This document shows, piece by piece, positions 1 to 12,800 of a stretch of DNA of 64,000 nt. This DNA comes from Felis catus (Eukaryota). The position numbers and the translations under genes are program-made. The notes beneath the pieces are model-generated. The model saw nothing but the letters and a program-made list of their open reading frames with translations. It did no database searches and was not told the DNA's origin. Where the stretch lies: positions 91,948,001 to 92,012,000 of the forward strand of contig NC_058368.1 in the NCBI RefSeq assembly GCF_018350175.1, written 5' to 3'. The stretch's first letter is position 1. Every line of letters starts with the position of its first letter.

Positions 1-320
1 CCCGGGTGGCTTAGAAACAACAGAAATCTTCTCACTGTCCTAGAGGCTGGAAGTCTGAGTTCAGCGTGCCAGTGTGGCCAGGTTCTGGTGGGGGCCCTCT
101 TCCGGGCTGAAGACTGCCATCCCCTCGCTGTGTCCCCACATGGTGGACGAGGACCCAGGCAGCCGTCTGGAGCCTCTTTTGTAAAGGCTAATATCCCATC
201 TGTGAAGCTCTACCCTCATGAACCTCTTCGCCTCCCCAAAGCCCCCTCCTAATGCCATCACACTGGGGGTTAGATTCCAACACATGACTTGGGGGGGGGG
301 GACATATTCAGTCCCTACCA
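1..320. mobile_element. MaLR (MLT1-type) solo LTR fragment
   Basis: Motifs ggcttagaaacaacagaaat...ctggaagtctgag...ctaatgccatcacactgggggttag resemble recalled MLT1 consensus. Confidence 0.75.
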
Positions 321-866
321 AGTTCCATGTGACAGAACTCAGTTCACACTGGCTTAAAGAAAAAACTACTGACAAACAGAAGTGTGCAGGGGTGGATGGT
401 TTCAGCTTCAGACCCTTTGCCCCGTTTTCCTCACTGTCTCTCAGCTCTGACTTCTTCTCTGTTGGCTCTTTCTCAAGCCACATGGTACCCTCAGGAGCTC
501 CAGCCTTAGCCCCACCAGAAGAAAAGACCCTCTTTCCCCTAAAGTGCCACCATTCAAAGCCCCAGACATGACGTTTATCCCTGAACCAAATCCCCCTGGT
601 CGAGGGAATGCGACCACACGCCCAAGCCCCATACGAGCAGATGGGGGTGGTTCTGGAGGAGAAGTGGGGCTCTCTTGTCAGAGGAGGGGATTCTGGGCAG
701 CAAACACCCAGACACCCCCACCCCAGGTCCGCGTGAAAGGTCTTCAGACCCATGGGCTCATGTCAGGTTTTGGTCTTTGGTGCTCAGTAGTGCCTCTGGG
801 TCATAAAACACACAGGAAATGCCTTTCCAGTGTGTAACCTCTGCTCTCTGTCTCTCTCATTTCCAG

Positions 867-893
867 GGGCCACTGGGTCTAGATGGCAAGCCG
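867..893 (+). CDS. COL23A1: COL23A1 exon GPLGLDGKP (27 bp)
   Basis: ttccag|GGG...CCG|gtaagt, phase 0. Confidence 0.95.
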
Positions 894-3800
894 GTAAGTG
901 ATGACAGGGCAATTCTAGGTGGTCCTGGGACCAGGCCACTGTGGGGCTGAGAGTGATGGGGTGCCAGAGGGAAGGGGCCCCTGGGAACCTGGATCAGCAA
1001 GGAGAGAAACCATTTGGGTATCAGACTTAAGTTCAAATCCACCTCCACTACCTGCTGACTGTGCAGCCTTGGGGAGGCCTCTTCACCTCCCAAGCCCGAG
1101 GCTCTGTCAAATGGACCCATTAACCCTCCCCACATGCTGGGAATGTAGAGAAGTGTGGATAGCACCATCCCTGACATCTAGTCAGCCTTCAGAACATACA
1201 AGCCCCTCCTAGCAAGCCCACGTACAGAGCATCCCTCAACACAGTCTCAAGGCTTCAGTGGTAGGCACAAGGCTGATGAGTTCTCAACATGTGGGCCAGG
1301 AGCCTGTGGTCGGTCCACAGGCATCTTCAGCAGAATAAATAAGCTGTACAGGGAGAGGGCATAATTAAACAAAAAAGTGGATGTGGATGGATAGTTAGCT
1401 GGGTGGGTGGGTGGATGGATGGGTGGACAGATGAATGGATGATGGATGGAAGGAAGGAAGGAAGGAAGGAAGGAAGGAAGGATTGATGGATGGATGGATG
1501 GAAGGAAGCAAGCCTGGCTGACTGGATGATGGATGCAAGGATGAATGGATGGAAGGAAGGAAGGAAGGAAGGAAGGAAGGGAGGCTGACTGGATGAATGA
1601 CTGCATGATGGATAGATGGATGGAGAGATGGGCTGATGAATGAAAGGAAAGAAGGAAAGAAGGAAGGAAGGAAGGAAGGCAGGCTGGATGACTGGATCGC
1701 AGACAGGTGCGTGCATGGATGGACGGATGGATGGACAAATGGATTGATGAACGGTTGCATGGAAGAACAGATGGATGGATAGATGAGTTGGGTTGATGAA
1801 CAGTTGGGTGGATGGGTGGATGGCAGGAAGGAAGGATGGTTGGATGGAAAGACAGATGAGGTAATTTTACCAACAGTTGGATGCATGAGAGGGTAGCTGA
1901 GTTAGTGGGTGGACAAACACATGATGGTTGAGCAGACAAGTGAGTGAAGGAATGAAAGAAGTAACACGATTGAGGAGTTGCCCGGTGATGTGTGCAGCAT
2001 TAAAGGATAGAGGAATGAATTGACCACCTGGATGGACAAGTTGTTGAATGAACGAACAAGCCAAGCCATTAATGGCTGGAGGGATAATGGATAGTCAAGG
2101 GGCAGCGGCCCCGGGCACAGCAGGTGCTGAGCTTGGAGGGCTCTGCCCTCTGGGAGGAGTGACAGCACATGTGCCCCTACCCGAGCTGAGAGGTACCAGC
2201 GACCCTCAAGTCCCCTGTCTCCCTCATGCGGGGGACTGTGCTGTGTGGCTTCCTTAGGGCCGGCCAGAGCAACCCTCATTAAAAGCTGACAGATTTGTGC
2301 GTATACCCACCCAGCTACCCACAGCTCTGCTCAGCCCCATAGGCCCTTCTGCCCCCAAAGCCTTAGGGAAGCCGGAAGGGGAACCAGCCCAGTCCTCCTT
2401 GCTCATGCCTGTTCTTTCTCCACCTTTTTTTTCTCCAGGGACTTCCAGGCCCCAAAGGGGAAAAGGTAAGTGATGCCGGATGCTGTCCAGATGCAGATGT
2501 GATAAAGGATGCCAGAAACCCGTCTCCAGACCCCAGCTCCAGAGTGTGGCCTTGGGGACATCACATCCTCTCCTAGAGCCTCAGTTTCCCCATCTGTAAA
2601 GTGGGGCTACTAGTGCCTCCCTCCTAATGGTTACACGGCTTATATTTAACAATTTAAAGTGCCAGGGGTTAAATTGGAGTTCTCCCAGCACCAGAGCATG
2701 ACAAAGCTCAAAGCACGGTCTGCCCAGAATGAGGAGTTTCCAAAGGAAGTCCCTGCCTGTGAAAAGGGGGGTGCCGGGAGAGCCAGGGACAGGGGGGTGA
2801 ACAGTCCCTGTAGATGGGATTCTTTGTGAGGAGTGCACCCCCACCCCAGGAAAACAGATGGCAGAGAGCTGCCCCTGTGAACTTTACACCCCTTGTGAGA
2901 AAGGTTTTCCTGGCATTTGGCGCTGAATGTCACGGCAGACCCCTGGAGGGCTGGGGCCTCCAAGTGTCTCAGAAGGGAGGGCGAGAGAAGGGAGACCTGT
3001 GTGTCCCACAGTGGGATCAGAGCAGAGAGGGACCAGAGCAGACCTAGGTGTGGCGGGATGCTTCTAGGGAATGGCTGGGCGAAGCTGGGCCACATCCACC
3101 CCAGCACCAACCCCGCCCCCCACCCCCGCCGCGATGTGCCCACGGAATAAGGGCAGCCAAGGCTCCAGTCCACCATCAGAGCTGTGCAAGGCACAGGACC
3201 CGGCGCTCAGGGCGTCAGGTTAGCATTAGGGCTCCACCGTCAACTGTACAGCTTTGGATGCGTTGGCCTCAGTTTCTCCATCTGTAAGTGAAAGCAACCT
3301 CACAGAGCCAGGGGGGAAGACTGCACGAGGTAATGGTCTGAGCAGGACAGGTGCCGGGATTATTTCCCTCAGGCTCTGGCTGAATGAGGAAGGCAGAGGC
3401 TTTGAAACCAGAGAGAAATTGGTGTCTTGGCATCTATCACTTAATAACATACTGCCCCAAAACTTGGGGACTTAAAACAATGATTCAGGTAATCATCAAC
3501 ACTCACTGTTCTGAGGTTTCAGAATCCCAAGAGGACGCGGTGGGAGCAGCTGGTCTCTGCTCCCACCGTGTTTTGGGGACTGGCAACAGACAACAGAGTG
3601 CCCAGTTCCACGCCCTGGGTGTGCTAGCTGTGTGACCTCGGGCAGGTGACTTAGCTTCTCTGTGCCTCAGTGTCCTCATTGGAAATGGAGATAAAAATAG
3701 AGCCTGCATGTTACGGTTGTTAGAATTCAGTGAGACTATGTACATAAAACACTGAGCACAGGGTAAATGCTCAAAACATCTGATAAAGCAATAATAGTAG

Positions 3801-6800
3801 CAGTGATCTGTCTTCCGGTATTTTTGTTCTCAGGGTGCACCAGGAGACTTCGGCCCCCGGGTAAGAATGGAGAAGACCCCCTCACCCACCCACCCAGTTT
3901 GTTTTGTTTTATAATAAGGCATATCTAGCTTTCTTCCAGATCCCTTATACCTTATCGCAGAAAGAGGTGCCCGCGGTCTCTGCCCATGTTCTATCCTTTG
4001 TGGTTTCACTTAAGTGGCCACGGGCTGGAAGCCCCAGGCCCTGGTCTGGCTGAGATCATAGATGGGTGTCTCTAGCTGACAGACATCCCAGTCATACTTA
4101 TCACCATGGATGGCAGGGGGGTGTGGGGGAGGGATGTGGGACAGTGGGGCTAGCACTGGCCCCAGAACGGAGACTAACCTTCCTGAGGGTGACTGGCACC
4201 CCAGGAAGTGGCTGCCACTTATCAGCCAAGTAACCTTGAGCAACTCAGTTTCCCCTCTGAGACTCAGTTTCTGCAACTGTGGAGAGGGGGTGGTGACAGA
4301 CCCTACCCCAAGCTGCTGTGGCAAAGATTCATTGCAGACATAAAAAAGTAGGCACCCAGGACTCAGCATGGGGACAATAGGTCCCCTGGCCCTCAGAGCC
4401 CCCAGGGTCCAAGGGACTCAGAAGTGCCTCCTGCCAAACCTGGGGTCTCTTCAACGAAGCAGAGCAAGTGGTGGGGTCTCTTCGACGAAGCAGCGTGGAG
4501 ACCCCGGGTGGGGTGGCCCCAACAAAGCAGATCTCAGCAGAGGGCCACTTAAATGGCCCTAAATGCGTGTCCCCACCATTCCTACCACAACCAGGGCAGA
4601 GGCCTGACCGCCCAGAGAAAGGCAGTGGAGTGGTGGGTTCCTACTTGCTTTCAAGAAGGTTAGGGAGTGGAGGTTGTAGCTGGTGAGTGAGTCACCCCCC
4701 AGCCAGCCTCTGCAAGCATTGGGTGGAGTGGGGGCGGGGGGGGGGGTGGTGGCGAAGGTGGCAGGATGCAAAGAGGAGGCAGCTCAGCGCCAAGTGTTGG
4801 CTGGGCTCCAATCCCTCCAGCCTCAAGGCTCTGAGCCTGGTTTGTGCAACAAGACCAGGAGGGCCCACATCACAGGTGGTCGTGAGCATGAGCTGAGAGC
4901 AGCCGGCTGGCCAGGCTGAGTCCCCAGGACAGAGCTTGTTCTGTGCTGAGCCTTTGGAGGGCAAGGCCCCCCGAAAGCTGGCCAGGTGGCCCCGAAGTCA
5001 AAGAAAGGGCACCTGTGTGGAGCTTTGTGGCTGCTGAGAAAAATCCTTTGGTTTGCTTGCTGTTGGGTGTGTGAAAGCTGGTACTCTAAATGGGGATGCC
5101 CACTCCTCAACAGACTAGAACTCTCCTGGCCCGGGGGGTCATGAAAGAGAGATTCTTTCTGAAGCCCTCCCTTCACTCTTCGTGGATGTCCTCTTGTCCC
5201 AGTGTTCCAGCCACTTCTGAAACAACCTCCACACTTTCAAGGGTGGTTTAAAACAACAATGTGCCACGGTCTCTCAGGACCCCTTGGGTTGGTGGGGGTA
5301 GGCGATCTCTCTCATCGCAGGCAGAGGCTGCTGGGCCTGTAGTCCAAGGTGATGGCACGCCCCATGGCCACAGTTGATGAGGCTGTTGCCTGGGAGCTCG
5401 GCTGGGGAGGGTCTCTGTGCATCAAGCCTTCTCCCAGCCTGGCAGTGGGCTTCCTAGAGGGGCATCCCCAAACTAGCATCCCAGGAGGCCAGAAACGTAA
5501 CGGTCGGGCCAGTTAAGAGCTATATCTGGAATGGACGCGGTATCACTTCCACTGTATATTATTGGTCCCATCAGTCACGGGGCCCAACCAGAGTCAAGGT
5601 GGGGAAAGGGGAACAGGCCCCAGATCCTGATGGGGAGAGGGGGGGACGCCCATTGCAAGGGGCCTGCGGGATGGGAAGGAGCATAGCGGCCATCTTTGTG
5701 GAGAACGTTCTTGGCCTCTCCCAATCACTCGGCTGGGTTAAGCGGCTTTGCCTCTTCTGAATCACCCTTCTGCCTTCCTGACCACACAACCCGTTTGCTG
5801 ACTAGATGGTTTTCCCACGACTCAATCCGGGCTTTATAAGTAGAGACCATCACGTGTACAGTCGCCGCATCTTCAAGGTAGCCTGGCCCACTGGTGTGTC
5901 TGCTCCTGCTGGCTTGCGTGTTCCCTTGACTCACCCCTGCATTTCCAGGGTTAGACCTCAGCCATCCGATCCCAGGGCACACACAAGGCGGCTGGCCAGC
6001 CTCACACCCTGAGTAACTCAAGGGAAGAGCCTAAAAAACCTGTCCTGGGGCCTGTTCAAGTGTCTAAACTCATTTTCTGCCCCAACAAGTAGAGTCCAGA
6101 CCAGTGGTGCCCATCGTGGGGGCCCCAGGCTGTGAAAGGAACAATGGGGTGTCTTCGAATTCTTCCTGATACAGCGGAAAATGAAATAGGAATTACCCAC
6201 CTCCATCACCACCCATGGCTGGCTGAGCTAACCACACCTAATGGGTTTCTTTACACTGGACTGGAATTGTAGCCCCTTGGTCATGCCCCCGGCAGGGTCA
6301 GACCTGAGTGGGGGACATTGAGAGCTTCGGTTAATTTTTTAATTGGGAAAAACAAATGAACTGTGTCTTAGGTGCAGCTGGCTGAAGAGGTGAACTTTCC
6401 TATCACGGGGTCCGTGGATTTAAAAAAATGTCCAAAAGGCATTGCTCTCCTCAATGGCCAGAGGAGCCTTTCCCAGCTCTGAAACCCTGGGTAAACAATT
6501 ACCCTTGCTGTTCCTGACCACTCCGTCTGTGAAATGGGACAAGAGCAGTGTCTCAGCCAGGTGGTCACAAGGGTTGGGTGAGACACCTTCTGGGAAGTCC
6601 TAGCTCGTCGGCACTGGGCACACAGCAGGGGCCACCTCTTCCAGAGGCTTCTTCCTTTCTTGGTTACGGGGAGTTTGGGAGCTGCTAACACTGTGAGTCA
6701 AGCATGCCCCATTACTATACCCTGTGCCAGTGCTGGGCAGGTACCACTGGGGTAGCAGGAAGTGCCGGGGGCACAGTGATCCTCCCTCATTGTAGGCAGG

Positions 6801-9800
6801 GCCTCGAGGTGAGGGCTCTGGCTGCCTGAGGTCTGACCCAGTACTAACATCAGGTCCTTGAGTCAGGGATAGGATGCTGCATGACAGAGACTGTGTGGCC
6901 CTTCGTTGCTCTTTTTATGTATTTTTTTTAAGTTTATTTATTTATTTTGAGAGAGAGAGAGACAGGGAGAGAGAGAAAATCCCAAGCAGGTTCCGCATTG
7001 TCAGCGTAGAGCCCGACAGGGGCTCAAACTCATGAATCATGAGATCATGACCCGAACAGAAACCAAGAGTCAGACACTTAACCGACTGAGCCACCCAGAT
7101 GCTCCTCTTTTTAACTTTTTATTCTGAGATCGTTGCAGGTCAACAATTAGTGGTAAGAAATAATACCCCAGAGGGGCACCTGGGTGGCTCAGTCGATTGA
7201 GCGGCTCAGGTCATGATCTTACAGTTCGTGAGTTTGAGCCCCACATAGGGCTCTGTGCTGACAGCTCAGAAGCTGGAGCCTGACTTGGATTCTGTGTCTC
7301 CCCTCTCTCTGCTCCTCCCCCACTCATGCTCAGTCCCTCTCTCTCTCTCTCTCCCCCTCCCTCCCTCCCTCTTTCTCTCTCTCAAAAATAAATAAACATT
7401 AAAAAAAAAAAACAGAAATAATACCCCTTGTCCCGTTCCCCCCACCATGGCAATGTCTTGCCTCACTCAAGTACGAGTTCATAACCAGGAAATGGATACA
7501 GTCCACCTGCCTTATTTGGATTTTACCCATTATATTCACCTGGGGGGTGTTTAAGTCTGGGCAGTGCTATCACGCTTGTAGATTCCTGAACCACATGCAG
7601 AGACCCCCTCATGGTGGCCTTGCCCAGCTACAATCCCTCCCTCCCCACCCCATCCCTAACCCCCAGCAACCATTAATCTGTGCTCCACCTGTATGACATT
7701 TCCATGTCAACAATGTCGTGTAGATGCAGCCACACAGTATGTAGCCTTTCGAGATTGGTTCTGTTCCCTCAGCGTGATGCCCTCGAGATGCATCCAAGTT
7801 ACTGCACGCATCCGTACTTTGTCCCTTTGCACTTACTGCTGAGCAGTGTTCTGTGATATGGTTGTATCCCTGTCGGTTAACCCTTCACCCATTGGGTAGC
7901 TACATTGGGTTGTTTCCGGTTTGGGGCCATTACACGTAAAGCTGCTGTGAACACTTGTGTGCAGGTTTTGTGTGAGCCCGAGAGCTCATTGCTCTGCGTG
8001 CATACGTGCCCAAAAGCGCACCTCCAGCACCTAATAAAGCAGGAGCTGCCCAACGGGGAAGGTCCTTCGGGAGGCGTGCAGCGCCCTCTCCAGGAAGAAG
8101 GGGGCCAGTGGGGCCCACGTGCTAGCTCCCACATCCAACGTGTCTCCACTCTCAACTGAACACCAGAGCTGGGCTCCAGGCACCGGGAGCTGGGAAGATG
8201 GCACATTCCTCGGAGGGGAAGGGTCCTGTTAGCCTCTTATGTCAGAGTACAAGCTTGTCCCTTCGTGTGGCCACCAAGAAGCGGCAAGAAGCGCAGTGAC
8301 AAGGCGCTTCCCTCTGAGCCTGCTCCAGCTGGGGAAGGGAAGGCACAGGCCTGTCCATCTGCAGAGGCTTCTCTCTGGAAACTGGAGCCCCTTTCCTTCC
8401 CCTCCCGGTGAGCCACGCACCATGTCTTCCAGGGAGACCAAGGGCAAGACGGAGCTGCTGGGCCTCCGGGGCCCCCTGGACCCCCTGGGGTCCGAGGCCC
8501 TCCTGGCGACACTGGGAAAGATGGCCCCAGGGGAGCACAAGGCCCAGAGGTAAGAGAGGGCATGGAGGTGGAAATACCCCGGACCTGGTCCTGCACCTAC
8601 CAAAACCCTAACCCCTGACCCAGAAACAACCCCAGCCCCAGCCCTGTCCCCAGTCCAGACCCAGATCCACGCCTAACCCCAACCCCAACCCCAGCCCCCA
8701 CCCAGACACTTACCCCACTCCAGCCTTATACTTACCACCATGCAAGACCTTGACCCCAAACTCATTCCCAAATCCTGGTCCACCCCAAATAGAACCAGAG
8801 GCCCTGAACCTGATATCTGTTGTGATTTCACTCCCATTCCTAACCCTGGCCCTGAGACCCACATGTGGGCGCTTCCTCCGGCAGATTTACCAAGCCCTGT
8901 TCCTCCCTCGCTCTCTCTTTCTCACTCTCTCTCGCTTTCCCACCTCCAGTACTAACTAGCTAGGCTCAGCTGTCCTCCTGTAGTTCTACCCGAACCCCGA
9001 AGGCCAGACTTCATGTCCTTCCCCTTCCCCCAACACAGGGACGCAGGCCTGTCCTTCCCGTCCCGTGCAGATCCAGCTCCTCTACCAAACTGTCCCCTCT
9101 CAGGGCACCTACTCAGTTGGCTCATCCATGCCTGCTCACGTTGGGCGTGTAACTCCCTGAGCCTCGACGTTCTCATCTGTGAAGTGGGAACAATGGCACC
9201 CGCTCTTCAGGGGTTTGGTCAAGATGACACAACACGAGAGACTACTTGGAGCCCCAGCACAGGGCCTGGTGGGGGGAGTGGGCTCAGCCCCTGCACTTCT
9301 CATCCCCTGCATCCCCTCCAGAGGCTCTCCTCTTCTGCCCCCTCAGGGTCCCAAAGGAGAGGCTGGACGAGACGGCGAGATGGTCAGTATCCAGGGCATT
9401 TCAGAGGCCTGGGCTGTTAGGCCCATGGTTGCAGGCCCGGAAGCCCCTGTCCTGCTTACAGCCGCACTGGGGGTGTGTGCGTGCGGGCACCCCTGCCCTC
9501 CCGCCCTGTCACCAGCATCAGGGAACAAATGGGCCAGGCCCCCAGCCCCACGTCCCTGGGAGGGAGCCCACAGCCCACTGCACTGCTTGAGATATGGTGC
9601 AGAAGTGGCCGTAGACATGGGGAAGGGTCAGGCCTAGAGCAGGCAGCACAGCCCCACCTCCTGCCGTCTAGCACCTGGTGTCACCCTTTATAAAATGACC
9701 AGAAGGAGAACCTCCCAAAAGCAGCCTCCAGTATCCCATTTAATATTTTCTCTTCTCTTGTTCCAGGGCCTGAAGGGACCCCCAGGGCCCAAGGTGGGTG

Positions 9801-12800
9801 CTCCTTACTCCATGTCCCCTGCCCCAGGCCTGGGAGGGATGGGCTCCCTACCCCACTGCCCCCTCCCCATGACAGCTGTCCCTCCCCACCCCCCGGCCCC
9901 TGCCGTGAACAGCACCTGCAGGGGTGGGAGGGCAAGCTGTGGTCTTCCCTGAAGGAAAAGGGCTTTCATTACTTCTCTCATCTCAGAACCACCCTCTGAG
10001 GCTGGGGCTTCACACCCCCCACTTGCAAAAGTAGTGACTTGCCCAGGATCATTCAGCTTGTGGGGGAGGGGGACACAGTCGGGAGTGGAGTCCAAGACTG
10101 TCAGTCCCAGCATCCGTGTGCACCTGTCTGTGGGGCCGGGATCTCTAGGCTGTCCCCAGTCATCAGGGCCACTTCTCCCAGAGGAATAGGTGGCCTGGTG
10201 TCTGGGCCATGCTCTGAGGATTCTGACCTCTCTCTTGCACCCCTTTACCCCTTCCTCAGGGTGAGCCTGGCATTCCTGGAAAGAAGGTGAGGGGGCCCCC
10301 TGTGGGGTATGTGGGAAGAGGCTGGAGAGAAGGGCAGGGCTCCCAGTGGGGCCGGGCCAGGGGAGGGGGGGGCGACCACAGGAAAGTCCTCACATATGGG
10401 TCCTCTGTCCTCTGTCTCTGAAGCCAGGATCTTGTTCATTTATCCACTTATTCCCTCATCCTTTCCTTTACTCAAACACAGCAAATTTGTTCCCAGTTCA
10501 CAGCCCTAGACAGTGGTTCTCAAAGGGAGGTTCTAGGACCAGCAGTATCCTCAGAGCTCCAGGCACCCCAGGATGTTGTGATTTATGATAAATCCATATT
10601 TAGTCTCAGTCCTCCCTGTCTCTGGAGCAGACTCCTAAAACTCATGGAATGTCCTGAAGGATGAACCTAATTTGAAGGTGTCTATTGTCATGTGAATGAG
10701 GCGATGTTGGGCCCCCACCTGAGGATGGGGGGTGGTTGCCTGGAGAAACTTTGGAAGGTTGGGAATTTCAGTCCCAGCCACCAGCCTTCCAGGGAGGGGA
10801 GAGGGGCTGGAGGTTGAACTGATCTCACCAGTGGTGGGCGATTTAATCATACCTGCCTGTGCAGTGAAGCTCCATAAACACCCAAAAGCATGGGGTTCCG
10901 AGAGCTTCCGGGTTGGTGAGCACGTGGAGACTTGGAGAGAGTGGCGCTCCTGGAGAGGGCCTGGAAGCCCCACGCGTCGTCCCTGTACCCTGCCAGATGC
11001 ATATCTTCCATCTGGCTGTTTCTGAGTTACAGCCTTTATAATAAACCGGTAATCTAGTAAGTAAAGTGTTTCTCTGGGTTCTGGGAGCCGCTGTAGCAAA
11101 GCTGATGGAACCCAAGGAGCAGGTGGTGGGAATCTTCACTCTATGGCCAGTTGATGAGAAGTAAAAGTGGCAACAGGCTTACTCCTGGTGCCTGGAGTGT
11201 GCAGGTTGGGGACAGCCAGCGGGAGAGTCCTGGAGGACTGGGCCCTTAACCGGTGCCATCTGACACTCTCGAAATTGGTAGACACGTATCAGAATTAGGC
11301 TGAATTGCAGGACACCTGGCTGGTGTCGGAGAATGGCTTGGTGGTGTGGACACACCCCACCCCCATCAGATTTGGTGACCAGAACTTTTAGACCCTGTCT
11401 GTTCAACAGGCCCCTGGGTGACTCTGACATGCACTCAAGTTTGGGAACCATTGACCTGGAATGATCTTTCCCCACCTGTTCCCAGGCCAAGTCTCCAAAC
11501 AGCTGTCCCCTCCCCCAGGAGACCGTTCCTCCAAGCCCCTTCATCCTGCCACCCTCTTACATTCCCTTTCCACCACTGCTTCCACCTCCTGGCATGGTGC
11601 TATGTGCTTATCTGGATATTTCTTTGTCCTCAACCCCTGTCACCCATTGAGCGGGGACCCTATCTGCACAGAGAGTGCTCATAAGATGTTTGTTTGTTTG
11701 TTTGTTTGTTTGTTTTTAAAGTTTATTTATTTTGAGAGAGAGGTAGAGAGAGAGTCTCAAGCAGGCTCCATGCTATCAGTGCAGACCCTGATGCGGGACT
11801 TGATCCCCCAAACCATGGGATCATGACCTGAGTCGAAATCAAGAGTCAGAAGCTCATCCAACTGAGACATCCAGGGGCCCCATGACATTTGTTGACTAAA
11901 GGAACAAATCCCTCTCTCCTCCACCTTCCCATCCGCCTTCCTTCTGCACACACCTGCTGACACATGCTCTGGGCTGGCCCTGGGGGACCTGCCCCACCCC
12001 TGTCCTGACCCAGTGTGACCAGTGTTGGTGCCAGCAGAGGACTGGTGTGCTGGGGAGCACAGGGTGGGGGAGACGTCCAAAGCCGGTATGCCCGGCCTGA
12101 GGGCTGCAGCCTCGGCCTCTCTCTCCACAGGGAGATGACGGGACGCCAAGCCAGCCAGGGCTCCCTGGACCCCCAGGGCCCAAGGTAGGTACATGTGCCT
12201 CCCCCCAGAAGGCCCCTTGCCTCCCCTCTGGCTGGCCCTTTCCAATGGGGGGGGCATGTGCTGATGCCCGGGGCAAGCCAGAGAGGCAACAGGAAGGCCC
12301 TGGGCCCCACTTGCACCAGGCGGGGCATCCCATCCGGTCATTTGCCTCCCTCACACCCTCAGGCCCTCCTAGTTCCCATCTCAGGTGGCCCCTACTCTAT
12401 CCTGTCCCCAGGCTAGGAACAGGGTATCATCCTTGCTCTCCCAAACCATAGAGATGGCCAGTCAGCCTCCAAAATGTCTCTTGAGCCCCTGAGCTGCCCT
12501 AACCTTGCACCAAGACCCAGACCAGAGAAGTTGGCCGTGGTCTGGAGTCCCCAGGGCTGGGGAGAGTCCTGAGGCCCATCTCCCCTCAACCCCAGGGGGG
12601 CTCAGGCACGTTCCCCAGGAGCCCCTGAAAGCCAGCAGGCCCAGGTAGCCCCGCGCCGGCCCCTGGTGCTCACTCACTGTGAAATGTTTCTGTTGCAGGG
12701 CGAGCCAGGGAGTGTGGGGCCTCCAGGAGAAAACGGTGTGGACGGCGCCCCAGGGCCAAAGGTGCCTTACAGTGCGCGGCTCAGACCAGTGTCCCCATCA

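Noticed and set aside
1247..1939. Long minus-strand ORFs (230, 163 and 129 aa) rich in PSFL/HPSI
   Set aside because: Translations of the GGAA/GGAT microsatellite.
4441..4530. CRISPR-like repeat-spacer appearance
   Set aside because: Only 2-3 copies with 9-15 bp gaps in a mammalian intron; no cas genes.
8237..8596. Minus-strand collagen-like ORF (GGPGGPGGP)
   Set aside because: Antisense shadow of the Gly/Pro codons of the real + strand exon.
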